DNA of 63,994 nucleotides, filler included, from Stramenopiles sp. TOSAG23-3 (Eukaryota): assembly GCA_900128585.1 (NCBI GenBank). It is 5 parts of 5 records of this genome, joined end to end, with 100 filler letters (N's around TTAATTAATTAA, not from the genome) between each part and the next. Parts side by side here need not be neighbours in the genome. Positions count along the whole stretch, not along the records: positions 1 to 13,139 come from LT642640.1; 4 more parts are not named here. The stretch is one strand, 5' to 3'. A program made the translations under genes and the position numbers. Positions 1 to 9,613 of this stretch are shown here, in pieces. Position 1 is the first letter of the stretch; each line of letters opens with the position of its first letter. The notes below the pieces were generated by a model, which was given only the letters and a program-made list of their open reading frames with translations, was not told the origin of the DNA and did no database searches.

Positions 1-224
1 TATTATTATTTATTTTTTGAATTTTGAAAGTTTATTTACTACACAAAAGCTACGAAACACTCTAAAGATTAATCGATTTCTTTTTTGAAAGCAAATAAAA
101 TAATTCGCAACTTAAACTTGTTCGTTCATTTTCACGAAAAGGTAAAAGGGACAACCTTCGATTTTCTTTCCCCTATCGTATATTTGTTTGATTGGTTCCG
201 CACGGATTCCTGGGGGTACGTACC

Positions 225-1793
225 ATGACAACCATTGTAGAGGCGAGTGGGCTGGAGGTCAAGTTTGAAAAGTTGCTGGCAGCAGTCGTTAAAGAAATCC
301 CGACGGATAATACGGGAAACGTTGCTACTGATCCTCGGAAACAGGTAGAGGCTAGGCTTCGAAAGGAATGGGAATCTCCCAAAATCAAGGAGATGGAATT
401 CTGCCTTCAAAAACGGTTTAGCCAGGAAGAAGCTAGGCACCTGTTGTTCTTTCCAGACGAAAAGCAGGTGGAGTTTTACGTATCGCTTATCCTAGACCCG
501 CCGGATGGGGCGCCATCAAATCACCCGCAAAAGATTCTCCAAGTGCCTTTCATTTCCATGCTCTACCTAGTTCACTCCAACAACTGGAAAAGCATGGTGT
601 CTTTCATATCCGCGGGGGGGCTTCGTTCGCTGACGACGTTGCTCGCACATAAGAACATATACCTGCGGAGCCAGGTCATCGACATTGTCCTGAAAGTCAC
701 CAGCTCGCCGTACATGGACTGGTTCGAAAAACCCAAAGACAGCACACAACAATGCCTTCATACTCGACTTCTGGAGCTAACGCAGTGGGGGCTGGTGAAA
801 AATTTGCTCGCAAACTCGCCCCAGACGTTGAAGAAAGACCTTGGGAACATTCCGCCCATGGCATCGTATTTTAGTTTGCAGATCTTAGCGTTCTATCTGA
901 GCTGGACGAGAAAATTATACACTAAAGATGGCACTTTGAGTCTGAGCAAAGAGATCTTAAACACTCTGCGAGTATGGACAACTGCGGCGACGGGGGTGGA
1001 AGAGAAAGAGCTGATCACGAAGTTGTATGAGGATTTCAGCAGGTTTCCACCTGCTGATGATGCTGAAGGACACAATGTCAACATAAAGCAAACGGGTGGC
1101 GCATTGACGGATGTGAAGGAAGTGGAAGAGGACACCCGTTCCCCAACCGAGCGGGCAAACGACGCAAAAACCACAGGCAACACGCATTTCAAGAAAAAAG
1201 AGTACGAGAAAGCAATTCAATGCTATAATGAAGCCATTTCTCTCGACAACACAAGGGCCGCGTTTTATGGAAACGTGGCCGCGGCATGGCTCCAGCTAGC
1301 AAAGTTGGATAAAAAAGAACGAAACGAAACAAAGGTATCCTGCGCTGAAAAATGCATCGAAAACTGTAAGGCTGCAATCCAGCGCGATCCAACGTACGCA
1401 AAAGCATTTTTTCGCTATGCCCAAGCGTTGGCGCTGGTGGGGAAGAAACCTGACGCGTTGGAAAAGTGCAAAGAGGCTAAAACGGTAGTGTCGGTGGAGG
1501 AGAAGAGCAAACCACCAAAGGCTGTTTTGAAGCAACTGTCGGCATTAAAAAGCCAAATTCAAAAACTTGCGAACGAAATAAAGGACACCATGGAGGACGA
1601 ACTGGTTCAAGAGAACGGGTGGAAAGCGCCCATTTCTGAGCCAACATCGACGGAATCTTTAGAGAATGATCTCGATGCAAGCGTTGTCGCTCCGGTGCGT
1701 AGTAACGTTGCACCCCGTCGAGAAGCTAAGGATAAGAAGAAAGTCAGCAAAATTGCTGCTGCGTTGCTCCGAAGGAAAAAAAGCAACAAATAA
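225..1793 (+). CDS. TPR-repeat protein (co-chaperone-type TPR clamp) with uncharacterised helical N-terminal domain
   Basis: Long ORF, first ATG at 225. TPR motifs ANDAKTTGNTHFKKKEYEKAIQCYNEAI, AAFYGNVAAAW and YAKAFFRYAQAL; basic C-terminus. Confidence 0.8.
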   Translation: MTTIVEASGLEVKFEKLLAAVVKEIPTDNTGNVATDPRKQVEARLRKEWESPKIKEMEFCLQKRFSQEEARHLLFFPDEKQVEFYVSLILDPPDGAPSNHPQKILQVPFISMLYLVHSNNWKSMVSFISAGGLRSLTTLLAHKNIYLRSQVIDIVLKVTSSPYMDWFEKPKDSTQQCLHTRLLELTQWGLVKNLLANSPQTLKKDLGNIPPMASYFSLQILAFYLSWTRKLYTKDGTLSLSKEILNTLRVWTTAATGVEEKELITKLYEDFSRFPPADDAEGHNVNIKQTGGALTDVKEVEEDTRSPTERANDAKTTGNTHFKKKEYEKAIQCYNEAISLDNTRAAFYGNVAAAWLQLAKLDKKERNETKVSCAEKCIENCKAAIQRDPTYAKAFFRYAQALALVGKKPDALEKCKEAKTVVSVEEKSKPPKAVLKQLSALKSQIQKLANEIKDTMEDELVQENGWKAPISEPTSTESLENDLDASVVAPVRSNVAPRREAKDKKKVSKIAAALLRRKKSNK

Positions 1794-2056
1794 GACGAGT
1801 ACTTCTTGCCTAGTACTCCGTAGACGTCTACGGGTGGTTGTTGTCTCTTGAATGCCCGTAACTTCAATATCTTCGGAACTTTATTTAATAAATTAACGAT
1901 ATTGATTGCTACGAAGCATATGTTTAAAGATTAAAACTACCGTGTGTGTAAAGTTCTTAATTCGTAATTCGAAGAATGTTTAAAAGGTAACGGGTCTTAC
2001 AGTACCAAAGCATTTGCGCCTCTGCAATAGCCAATGTTCTTGTTTTTAATACACAG

Positions 2057-3994
2057 CTAAAGCCCAATCCACGAGTGCTTCCCGTTCACGTTGTGGATGG
2101 CACTTTTCACAGGTTTTGTTATACACCACTCGTACCACACCTTTCGCTCCGTGGCCCGCCTCCAAACAGCTGCCTCTATGACTTGCCCCTTTTGAACAGG
2201 GAAGGGGTTCAATACTGGAAAATAGATCGGGAACCAGCTGGTCATGCCGGTGGATATCGTTTGTGGGTTGATGCTGATCGCAACATCGTCAAAAAGGGTC
2301 GACTCGAAGTAGCCCGCGAGCCCATGGCACAGAGCGTTCGTGTTCGATCTAAAGTGCAACCGCTGAAATCTACAGTTGTCCACGACATCGTCTTCATTCG
2401 GGTGCTGAAAGAAAAAACACTTCTTCGACCCCGCCAGCTGGTGAAAGTCAAAAAATCTGACTACGTAAGGCGTTTGCATGTGTTTTGCGTCCTTGAACCT
2501 TTTGCAATTTTCCCACAGCTTTGTCGTCATGATGGGCGCAACAAAACTGGTGGAATCGCAAGGTATGCTTACCCCATGGCCAGGGACCAAAAACTTTTGA
2601 GCGCCATCCAAACACTCGGGGGACAGCTCGTTGTCCGCAAAAGATCCCAACAATTCGCTCACAAGAATGTCTGCCTTCTCGGGTGGGTCGTAGACACGCA
2701 TGTCCGAAGATACTACGGTGACATTGGAAACGTCTGCAAACATACATTTCAACGTCACTACTGCGTTTGGGTTCTTCTCAACGGCGTATATATTTACAAT
2801 GGTTTCCGTGGATTTTGCTGCACGAAGCGCACATTTTACCAATGGGCCCCGCCCAGCGCCGACGACCATTAGTGTCACGTGCTTCCGCCCGCTGAGGGCC
2901 ATCATTTTCGAACGGCGCGTCTGCAAACACTTTGCAATGGCGCGTTCGTACTGCATATATTTCACTGGACACTGTTCGAATACGTTGTACGTTGCACTTT
3001 CCAAGTTGTGAAACAAAGGCTGCAGCGGTTCTTGCAAAAAATCGTAGTACGGACGCTCGGCCTGTTCCTGGGCAAGCGGGGCCGGCATCAGGCTGCGCAA
3101 GTGGTGGAGGTACTTGATGTGGGGCGTCAATCCATTCTGGTGGTTCGTTTTTCCCGTCAGAATTATCTGAATATCGTGATGAATCAATTGGAACACCAAC
3201 TGCTTGTGTTCCTTTGGGAGCACAGGGTAACCGGCTTCATTGTTGGAAAACGCTTTGATCGAAAGCATTGCAGCTTTTACCGGCTCGCCAAACCAGCGGG
3301 ACACGTCCGCCCAGTCTCTTGGAAGCGTCGTTCCGATTTTTAGGCATACGCTCAAAGAGCTACTGTGGCCACACATTACTCGAATGTCATTCCAAACCTT
3401 CCATTGCTGATCGTTACTTCCCCCAAACCCTTCAACGCCCCCCCCATCGCCGTCAATGTCCAGCCCATCATCCCCATCGGCCGCCTCCTCGAACAACGGA
3501 ACAACAATCCACATGTGTGGGGCAGGGGTCTCGTGCAGAGCGCGGCTTAGGCAGTGTGCGTAGTTCTCATACGACGAACCAACAGCCTGGGGGAGGAGTA
3601 TTGCGGGCAATCCTAAGTGCTTGCTCCACGCTATTTCCTGTTCAAGTGCCTGTTCTGCCGCTTTGATTTCCTTCTTGCACGGGGAATCAATCGAAAAACT
3701 TATCCACTCTGATACTGCCCCTACGACACAACGCGTCCAATCTTCTGTGGACAACAACAAGTCCGACCTTGTGAACGGTAAGTTTCGGCCTTTTGTAAAC
3801 ATTGGATCCCTTGCAGCGCGAGGATGAACCATGGGGAAAACGACGAAATCAAAGTGCAAGTTCAAGCTTTTATCATACACGTCGGGTAAGTTCGGAACGC
3901 AAAGCTCTTGCCTACCAAGGAATAGCCGTGGAGGCTCGGCTTTGGGGTTTTTCTTGCTCTTTTTCCGAGTATGCCCCGACTCGGCCTTGCTCAT
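2057..3994 (-). CDS. PRMT5: Protein arginine N-methyltransferase 5
   Basis: PFTRSDLLL, LQEPLQPLFHNLESATYNVFE, VVGAGRGPLV, VEKNPNA, ILVSELLGSFADNELSPECLDGAQ and a WIGL C-terminus. Confidence 0.97.
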   Translation of the reverse strand: MSKAESGHTRKKSKKNPKAEPPRLFLGRQELCVPNLPDVYDKSLNLHFDFVVFPMVHPRAARDPMFTKGRNLPFTRSDLLLSTEDWTRCVVGAVSEWISFSIDSPCKKEIKAAEQALEQEIAWSKHLGLPAILLPQAVGSSYENYAHCLSRALHETPAPHMWIVVPLFEEAADGDDGLDIDGDGGGVEGFGGSNDQQWKVWNDIRVMCGHSSSLSVCLKIGTTLPRDWADVSRWFGEPVKAAMLSIKAFSNNEAGYPVLPKEHKQLVFQLIHHDIQIILTGKTNHQNGLTPHIKYLHHLRSLMPAPLAQEQAERPYYDFLQEPLQPLFHNLESATYNVFEQCPVKYMQYERAIAKCLQTRRSKMMALSGRKHVTLMVVGAGRGPLVKCALRAAKSTETIVNIYAVEKNPNAVVTLKCMFADVSNVTVVSSDMRVYDPPEKADILVSELLGSFADNELSPECLDGAQKFLVPGHGVSIPCDSTSFVAPIMTTKLWENCKRFKDAKHMQTPYVVRFFDFHQLAGSKKCFFFQHPNEDDVVDNCRFQRLHFRSNTNALCHGLAGYFESTLFDDVAISINPQTISTGMTSWFPIYFPVLNPFPVQKGQVIEAAVWRRATERKVWYEWCITKPVKSAIHNVNGKHSWIGL

Positions 3995-4985
3995 GTTGAA
4001 CGCGAACTATTAAAAACACAGGATAAATTATTAAAAATCTGCACAAACGGAATCCTTAGAAAATCAATACTTAAATAAATCAGATACCAGGCCTAGTTTT
4101 TAAGCAATTGTCCTAAACATGTCTGTCTATTTCCGTTTTACCAAAACGGAATCATTCAACATTTTGTAATACCTTTCTGTGGTTGTTCATTTACCGCCGT
4201 CCAATTATTTATTATTTTTTTCATATTCTTCTTCTTCTTCCGTCCGTCCCTTTTTTCTTTTTCTTCTTCTTCTTTCTTCGCGCAATTTTTTATTTAATAT
4301 TGATTATAGGGAAATAGTACAATTTTAGAATAATATATTATATAGGCAATTTATACTAAATTATAAGAATCAAATATATATTAAATATGATATAAATGTC
4401 TTAAATTTATAAATAATAAATAGGATATTATTGTATTCTTCATTAAATATAATTAACTAAATATACTAAACATTAAAAAATCCAGTATTTAAAAAAAAGA
4501 AGAAGAAAGAAACAAAAGAAACGAAGTTTTTTTCTATTTTCATCATCAAATCACTTCTTTTTTTTTCACTGCTTCTTACTCATTACTTTGGCAATTTATG
4601 GGGCAACACCAACAAATAAGAAATATAAATAAATAAGAAGGAAAAAAAAAAAAAGGTTTCTTCTTTCTTTCTTTCTTTCTTTCTTTTTTTAATAGAACAG
4701 ACGACTATTAAACATTATTATTATAATACATTATTATTTTTTTAATTAATAATAATTGACATTTCAAAATAACCATTTGAATAACGTTTACTATTAAATG
4801 TCGTCCAGTAAATTATTGTAAGATATTGAAGGGCGAGAGGGTAGAAGGGAGCATGTTTCGATTTTTTCCGACTGTTAGATGAACTTAAAAGAAAGAAACC
4901 CTTCTGTTGCACAGGTAATTTTGATTGCAGTTCGATTGTATAGCGACTGTAGCTGTTCTGTTGACCCGATACGTACGTACCACTG

Positions 4986-5600
4986 ATGGCAAGTGAGTTC
5001 ACTGCTGCAACGTCCGAGTCTGGGTGTATGCTGGATGAAGAGATATTAGCGACTGTCAGAACCAACCCGGATAAGCCAGCATCCGTCAATGTTTTGAGAA
5101 AACGTTTCAATGTAGGCTGGGGGCGCGCCAAACGGTTGTTTAAGCTTTACAGGGCCGAAGAACTGGGCTGCGCACCGTCCGATGTCCCGATACTGCCACC
5201 AGGAGCCAGGCCTCAAGGAGATAGCGGGCGGCGTTTGGTAAAGAAAAGAAAATCGCGGGAGACCTACCCCGATGAGAGGGAAAAGGGTAAACGAAGGCAG
5301 AGCACTCATAAGAAGGCGAACAATTCTCCCCAGCTTACTTTACAACAAGAGGATTTTCGAGCGGAGAAAATTGCGTCGATCCTGACTCCGAACACACTTT
5401 TCTACTTTTTAGGGAAAAACAATCATGTCTTGGCCGAGGGTCTTCCAGAAATTATGAAAGCAAAAGAGGCCCTTATGCAGCAGCAGCAGGTGCAGAATCA
5501 ATTGCCAATTCGCCACGGGGCGGGGTCAAGCGGACGGGGAAATCCTTACGTTGGTGGCGTAACAATGAAACATGTATCCCACTCCCTACTGCATCACTGA
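4986..5600 (+). CDS. Hypothetical basic protein with FtsK-gamma-like winged-helix motif
   Basis: 204-aa ATG-started ORF in a GC-richer island. Contains ASVNVLRKRFNVGWGRAKRLF and NLS-like KKRKSR. Confidence 0.6.
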   Translation: MASEFTAATSESGCMLDEEILATVRTNPDKPASVNVLRKRFNVGWGRAKRLFKLYRAEELGCAPSDVPILPPGARPQGDSGRRLVKKRKSRETYPDEREKGKRRQSTHKKANNSPQLTLQQEDFRAEKIASILTPNTLFYFLGKNNHVLAEGLPEIMKAKEALMQQQQVQNQLPIRHGAGSSGRGNPYVGGVTMKHVSHSLLHH

Positions 5601-6002
5601 AATTTGCCTTTTTCCCTTATTGAATGAGAGTTCAGATAAAAGCTTTTCGTTCGCGAACGATCCACACGACCAGAGGAAACGCAATGCGAAAAGAAAGTGT
5701 AATTTTTATTTCCTTTTTTTAAAGAAAATACAACGTATTTCAAAGTATTGAAAGGTTTTAAAAACTGATTCACTCGTTATCGCATAGACTACACTCTATC
5801 TCTCATCCTCTTGTAGTAAACAGCGGCATAAAATGTTTTAAAAGGGGTCCGTTGTCTGTTCTGTCTGCTCTAATGCGACGTTTCCTGTGGTATGATAGAA
5901 ATAACTTAAAAATCGATTTTTTGCACCTTTTAAAATTGCGATGTGTTCTCTGGCACCTCTTCCCCTTCTCTCCTCTTTTTATTTTTCTTACTCTTGCATG
6001 TT

Positions 6003-7310
6003 TTAAGCATTGTTGATGGCACTTTCTAGCGCTGACCTCCCATCGCTCTTCGCAGTGATGGAACTTGCAACCCCCGCGAGCATTTCAAGCACCATCTCTT
6101 TGTACTTCTCGTTGGTCTGCAGAAATACTCCCCCTGCGAGTGCGGCCACCAAGAGGACCACCATTAGAATTGTGAAAACGTTTCCCCGGTTTTCAAACAC
6201 CTCCTTGTCCAGGGGTAGGACGAGCGCCGTCGAGTCGGCGGAGCAGGATATCGGTACGGCTTCGCGCCTGCTCCCTGCTGCGCCAAAGCCAACGCCGGTC
6301 ACCGCAAGCGAGTGAGCGTGCTTCTTTGTGGTCCCTACCAAATAGAGGTTATCGTCCTCCTGGCGGAAAAGCTGGACCGCGCCAGTAGCGCTTCCACCGA
6401 CAGCTACGAGGTCGCCTTTTTCGCTCACCCCCAAAGAGCAAGAGGGTTCTGGCTGCAGCACGATGTCGTTGACCAGGGCGAACGATGCTTGCTTTCTGTT
6501 GACCCGCCACCGCTTCAGGCGGGACGGCCCGCGCTTCCGTGCCTGGACCGCGTACAAGTCCAGTCCTGACGGGGACCACTCGATGCAGTTGAAAAATGGC
6601 CGTCCCATGCGCCGCAGCGCTTTCTCGCTCTGGCACATCTCTTTGGGCACCTCCGCTTTGAGCGTCGCTACTACTGCATAATTGCTGAACTTGTCGCCTT
6701 TTTCTTGCTTCCAAATCTTCAAGGTTCCATCCCGTGACGACGTTGCCAGCAAGCCTCCGAAGGGGCTAAATTTCACGTCGACCACCGATTGGGCGTGGTC
6801 CTTCAGTTCGATCGCGGGGGCGACGGAAAACTTTTTTATATTCGTCCCATCTGGACGCTCCAGTACATAAACCCGCGCAACCCGGTCGTCCCCGCCCACC
6901 ACCAGCTTGTCGACGTTGCTGTTGAAATGAAGGGCGTTTACGCAGGGAAAGCTGACATGAAAGTCTGACGCCCACTCGCCAATCTGCGTGATCTGGACCT
7001 TGTCGCCCCGAACAAATTTATACAGTCTACAAGCGCCCCTGACGCCGCACGCAAGGAGTTGCCCGTCTTTCGAAAGGCAAACGTTCGTTATCAGCTCTTC
7101 GCCGCAGTCGTGCGTCAGCAGCTCTTTCAGTTCAATCGAACCGTCCTCTTTGGACACGCACCCATTCACCATGATCGAGTTCTGGATACCGGAAGCCATG
7201 CCACCGCCCCCACCGACAAATACTATTACTATGTCTTTGCTCAGCTTTGGGTAACGTGACCTCCCAATTGTCATTCCGTGCACTGGAAACCCGTATATGT
7301 ACTCGGTCAT
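6003..7310 (-). CDS. SEC12: Sec12/PREB-like WD40 guanine nucleotide exchange factor for Sar1
   Basis: N-terminal GGGGGMASGIQN K-loop-like motif, WD40 repeats (LLATSSRDGTLKIW) and one C-terminal TM helix. The frame stays open up to the N gap at 7354, so the start may lie further upstream. Confidence 0.8.
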   Translation of the reverse strand: MTEYIYGFPVHGMTIGRSRYPKLSKDIVIVFVGGGGGMASGIQNSIMVNGCVSKEDGSIELKELLTHDCGEELITNVCLSKDGQLLACGVRGACRLYKFVRGDKVQITQIGEWASDFHVSFPCVNALHFNSNVDKLVVGGDDRVARVYVLERPDGTNIKKFSVAPAIELKDHAQSVVDVKFSPFGGLLATSSRDGTLKIWKQEKGDKFSNYAVVATLKAEVPKEMCQSEKALRRMGRPFFNCIEWSPSGLDLYAVQARKRGPSRLKRWRVNRKQASFALVNDIVLQPEPSCSLGVSEKGDLVAVGGSATGAVQLFRQEDDNLYLVGTTKKHAHSLAVTGVGFGAAGSRREAVPISCSADSTALVLPLDKEVFENRGNVFTILMVVLLVAALAGGVFLQTNEKYKEMVLEMLAGVASSITAKSDGRSALESAINNA

Positions 7311-8153
7311 CCCATTCTTGTGCACGATTGTATTGTTCAACCCCGCTATTTTCNNNNNNNNNNNNNNNNNNNNNNNNNNNNNNNNNNNNNNNNNNNNNNN
7401 NNNNNNNNNNNNNNNNNNNNNNNNGTATCTGTGTCTGTGTGTGCACGACTGTAATAAAACGCTCGTTTACGTTCAAAATGGTTCTATTCCTTAAGATGAA
7501 AATGGGAAGGGGAGAGAGTATCTCATTTTCTTTCAATTCTATTCATTCAACCAATATATTTCCTAAAAATGTATTCAGTATGTGATATTATTATTATAAA
7601 AATAAAAAAATACAACAAACAACAACAATATAAATAAAACATACCGGCGGACCGGCGGTGGTATAATAATAATTATTTTCTTCTTCTTCTTCTTCTTCTT
7701 GGATTTTTTCGGAATATTTGTTTGTACTTAAAATAATTTTATATAGGTAAGTTATTCAGGCCAGAAAGTTATTTATAGTGGGAAATATGCCACACTCAAA
7801 ACACTGCCAGCCACTGCCACTGCCCTTTTTTTCAAGGAAACAAAAAAATAATAATCGAAAATTAAAAAATGTGCTGCTGTGTTGTGTATTTGGTTATTTC
7901 GTCTTGTATCGTACCAGGTACCCGGTATAATAGTACGCACCACAGTGGTGTGATTTGTTGTTGTTGTGTTGAAAAAAACAACACATAATGCCTAACTACA
8001 TATCCTGGATATCATCAACGATTCTATACAGACTACAAAGAACACTTCCCACTCGTCCACTCCTCCTCTTATCCGCACCAGACTTAAGTAGACATCGGAG
8101 AATTGATTTATTTGATTGAACTAAGTACCGGTTTACACTGTACTTTCGGAACA

Positions 8154-9188
8154 ATGGCATCCTTGTTCCAGCAACACGGAATAGTTGAGAGCGTGAGTTG
8201 CAGGATGTTGGCAAGAGAAGGAGCGGCGGATACGAAACCTTGGCCGATAACTTTGGCAGCACACGTTAAATCAGCAACTGCACATAGTTTAGGAAAGATA
8301 GCAGTATGGGCAAATAATAACAAACTAACACATATTAGTAGTCGCCTTGCCCGTGAACTTAATCTGGAATATAATGTAAGAAAAAAAATATTGGTTAGGG
8401 ATCATGTGTATACTAATAAAGTTTATGCTGTGTGGCAGTGCGATGATCCCATCTTGATTAGTGTTCTTAAGAATGACTTGGTAATGAAGCAGCTGGGAGA
8501 TACATATGGACCGTCTAATCGAGGCGGGCCTTATGAAGCAACTTGTTGCGTCTACCCATTTGTAGTTAAACATGCTCATTGGGATATAATCGTGGGGCAT
8601 GATTTTACTGCTCAAGTATTTAATAAAGGTTGTGCGATGATGGCACGCTCTGAACTCAACCGACGACCGTCAATAGGGCCAAATTACGAGGAGGGTACAA
8701 GTTGGATGGGCCATAACATGTCGTTTGTTGAAATTTGTGACGAAACTTGCAACTTTATAGTTGAACTGTGCGTTCAAGATTCCACTGTTTGGCAGCGTGC
8801 AGCAGTTAATGTAGCTAGCGGGCATCTTTTTGCGCAGTTTAAGAGCACCCCAGACAGAGTGTATTGCTACAGAAATATTCCCAAAAAAATTCTTAGCATT
8901 TTGACAGATATTGGACGAGGCCATTTAAATGTTTCATGGGGATATTTTGTGAACAAGATAAAGCCGTATACACCGGAGGTTTCGACTCTGCAATTTAATG
9001 ATCGTGTTTTCACCGCAGATGATGGATCTACAATCAAATTACACCAGCCCGAATCAGCCAATAAGGCTGATTTTCCAAACGAACAATTTGATGAAATCTT
9101 GAAACAGTTTTGGAACAATGGAAATCATTCGAGCAGAAAAGGCAATAAAAAAAGGAACAAAAAAAAAAAACGTCGCAATCGCCGTTGA
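8154..9188 (+). CDS. Hypothetical protein: degenerate retropepsin-like region, KTSC-like domain and basic tail
   Basis: First ATG at 8154. Motifs HISSRLARELNL and WDIIVGHDF; DSTVW..HLFAQFKS..VYCYRNIP..SWGYFVNKIK; C-terminus KKRNKKKKRRNRR. Confidence 0.65.
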   Translation: MASLFQQHGIVESVSCRMLAREGAADTKPWPITLAAHVKSATAHSLGKIAVWANNNKLTHISSRLARELNLEYNVRKKILVRDHVYTNKVYAVWQCDDPILISVLKNDLVMKQLGDTYGPSNRGGPYEATCCVYPFVVKHAHWDIIVGHDFTAQVFNKGCAMMARSELNRRPSIGPNYEEGTSWMGHNMSFVEICDETCNFIVELCVQDSTVWQRAAVNVASGHLFAQFKSTPDRVYCYRNIPKKILSILTDIGRGHLNVSWGYFVNKIKPYTPEVSTLQFNDRVFTADDGSTIKLHQPESANKADFPNEQFDEILKQFWNNGNHSSRKGNKKRNKKKKRRNRR

Positions 9189-9613
9189 CTGCCAAACACA
9201 TAAATTCCCAATACACTCCACAGGGTAGGTCTATTATTTTAGAAAAAAAACAAATTATATATAGTGTTGAATCGAATGCGGTTTCGAGTGATTAGTCAAG
9301 TGCTGAATCTGAGGATATTGGAAAGTCGTTCAACTTTGAAATATTATTAATAATTTTTTTTTATTATTATTATTCATTCAGCAGCAGTGGTGTTAAAATA
9401 AAATAACATCTTCTTCTTTCTTCTTCTACTTCATAGTACTATATATTTTCAGGAGTTCGTTCTCCAGTTCAGTTAGTTCAGTACGGTGCCAATTTGTAGG
9501 TTTAGTGCAATATTTTTTTGAAAGCAGTTACGTAGAAAAGGAAATGTTTTTGTAACATTATCCAGCGCGGGGTTGAATGCAGATAAGTTAATTTTTATTC
9601 GTTTAGAAACAAA

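Noticed and set aside
7354..7423. N runs at 7354-7423 and 23437-23524
   Set aside because: Scaffold gaps; ORFs spanning them are not meaningful.
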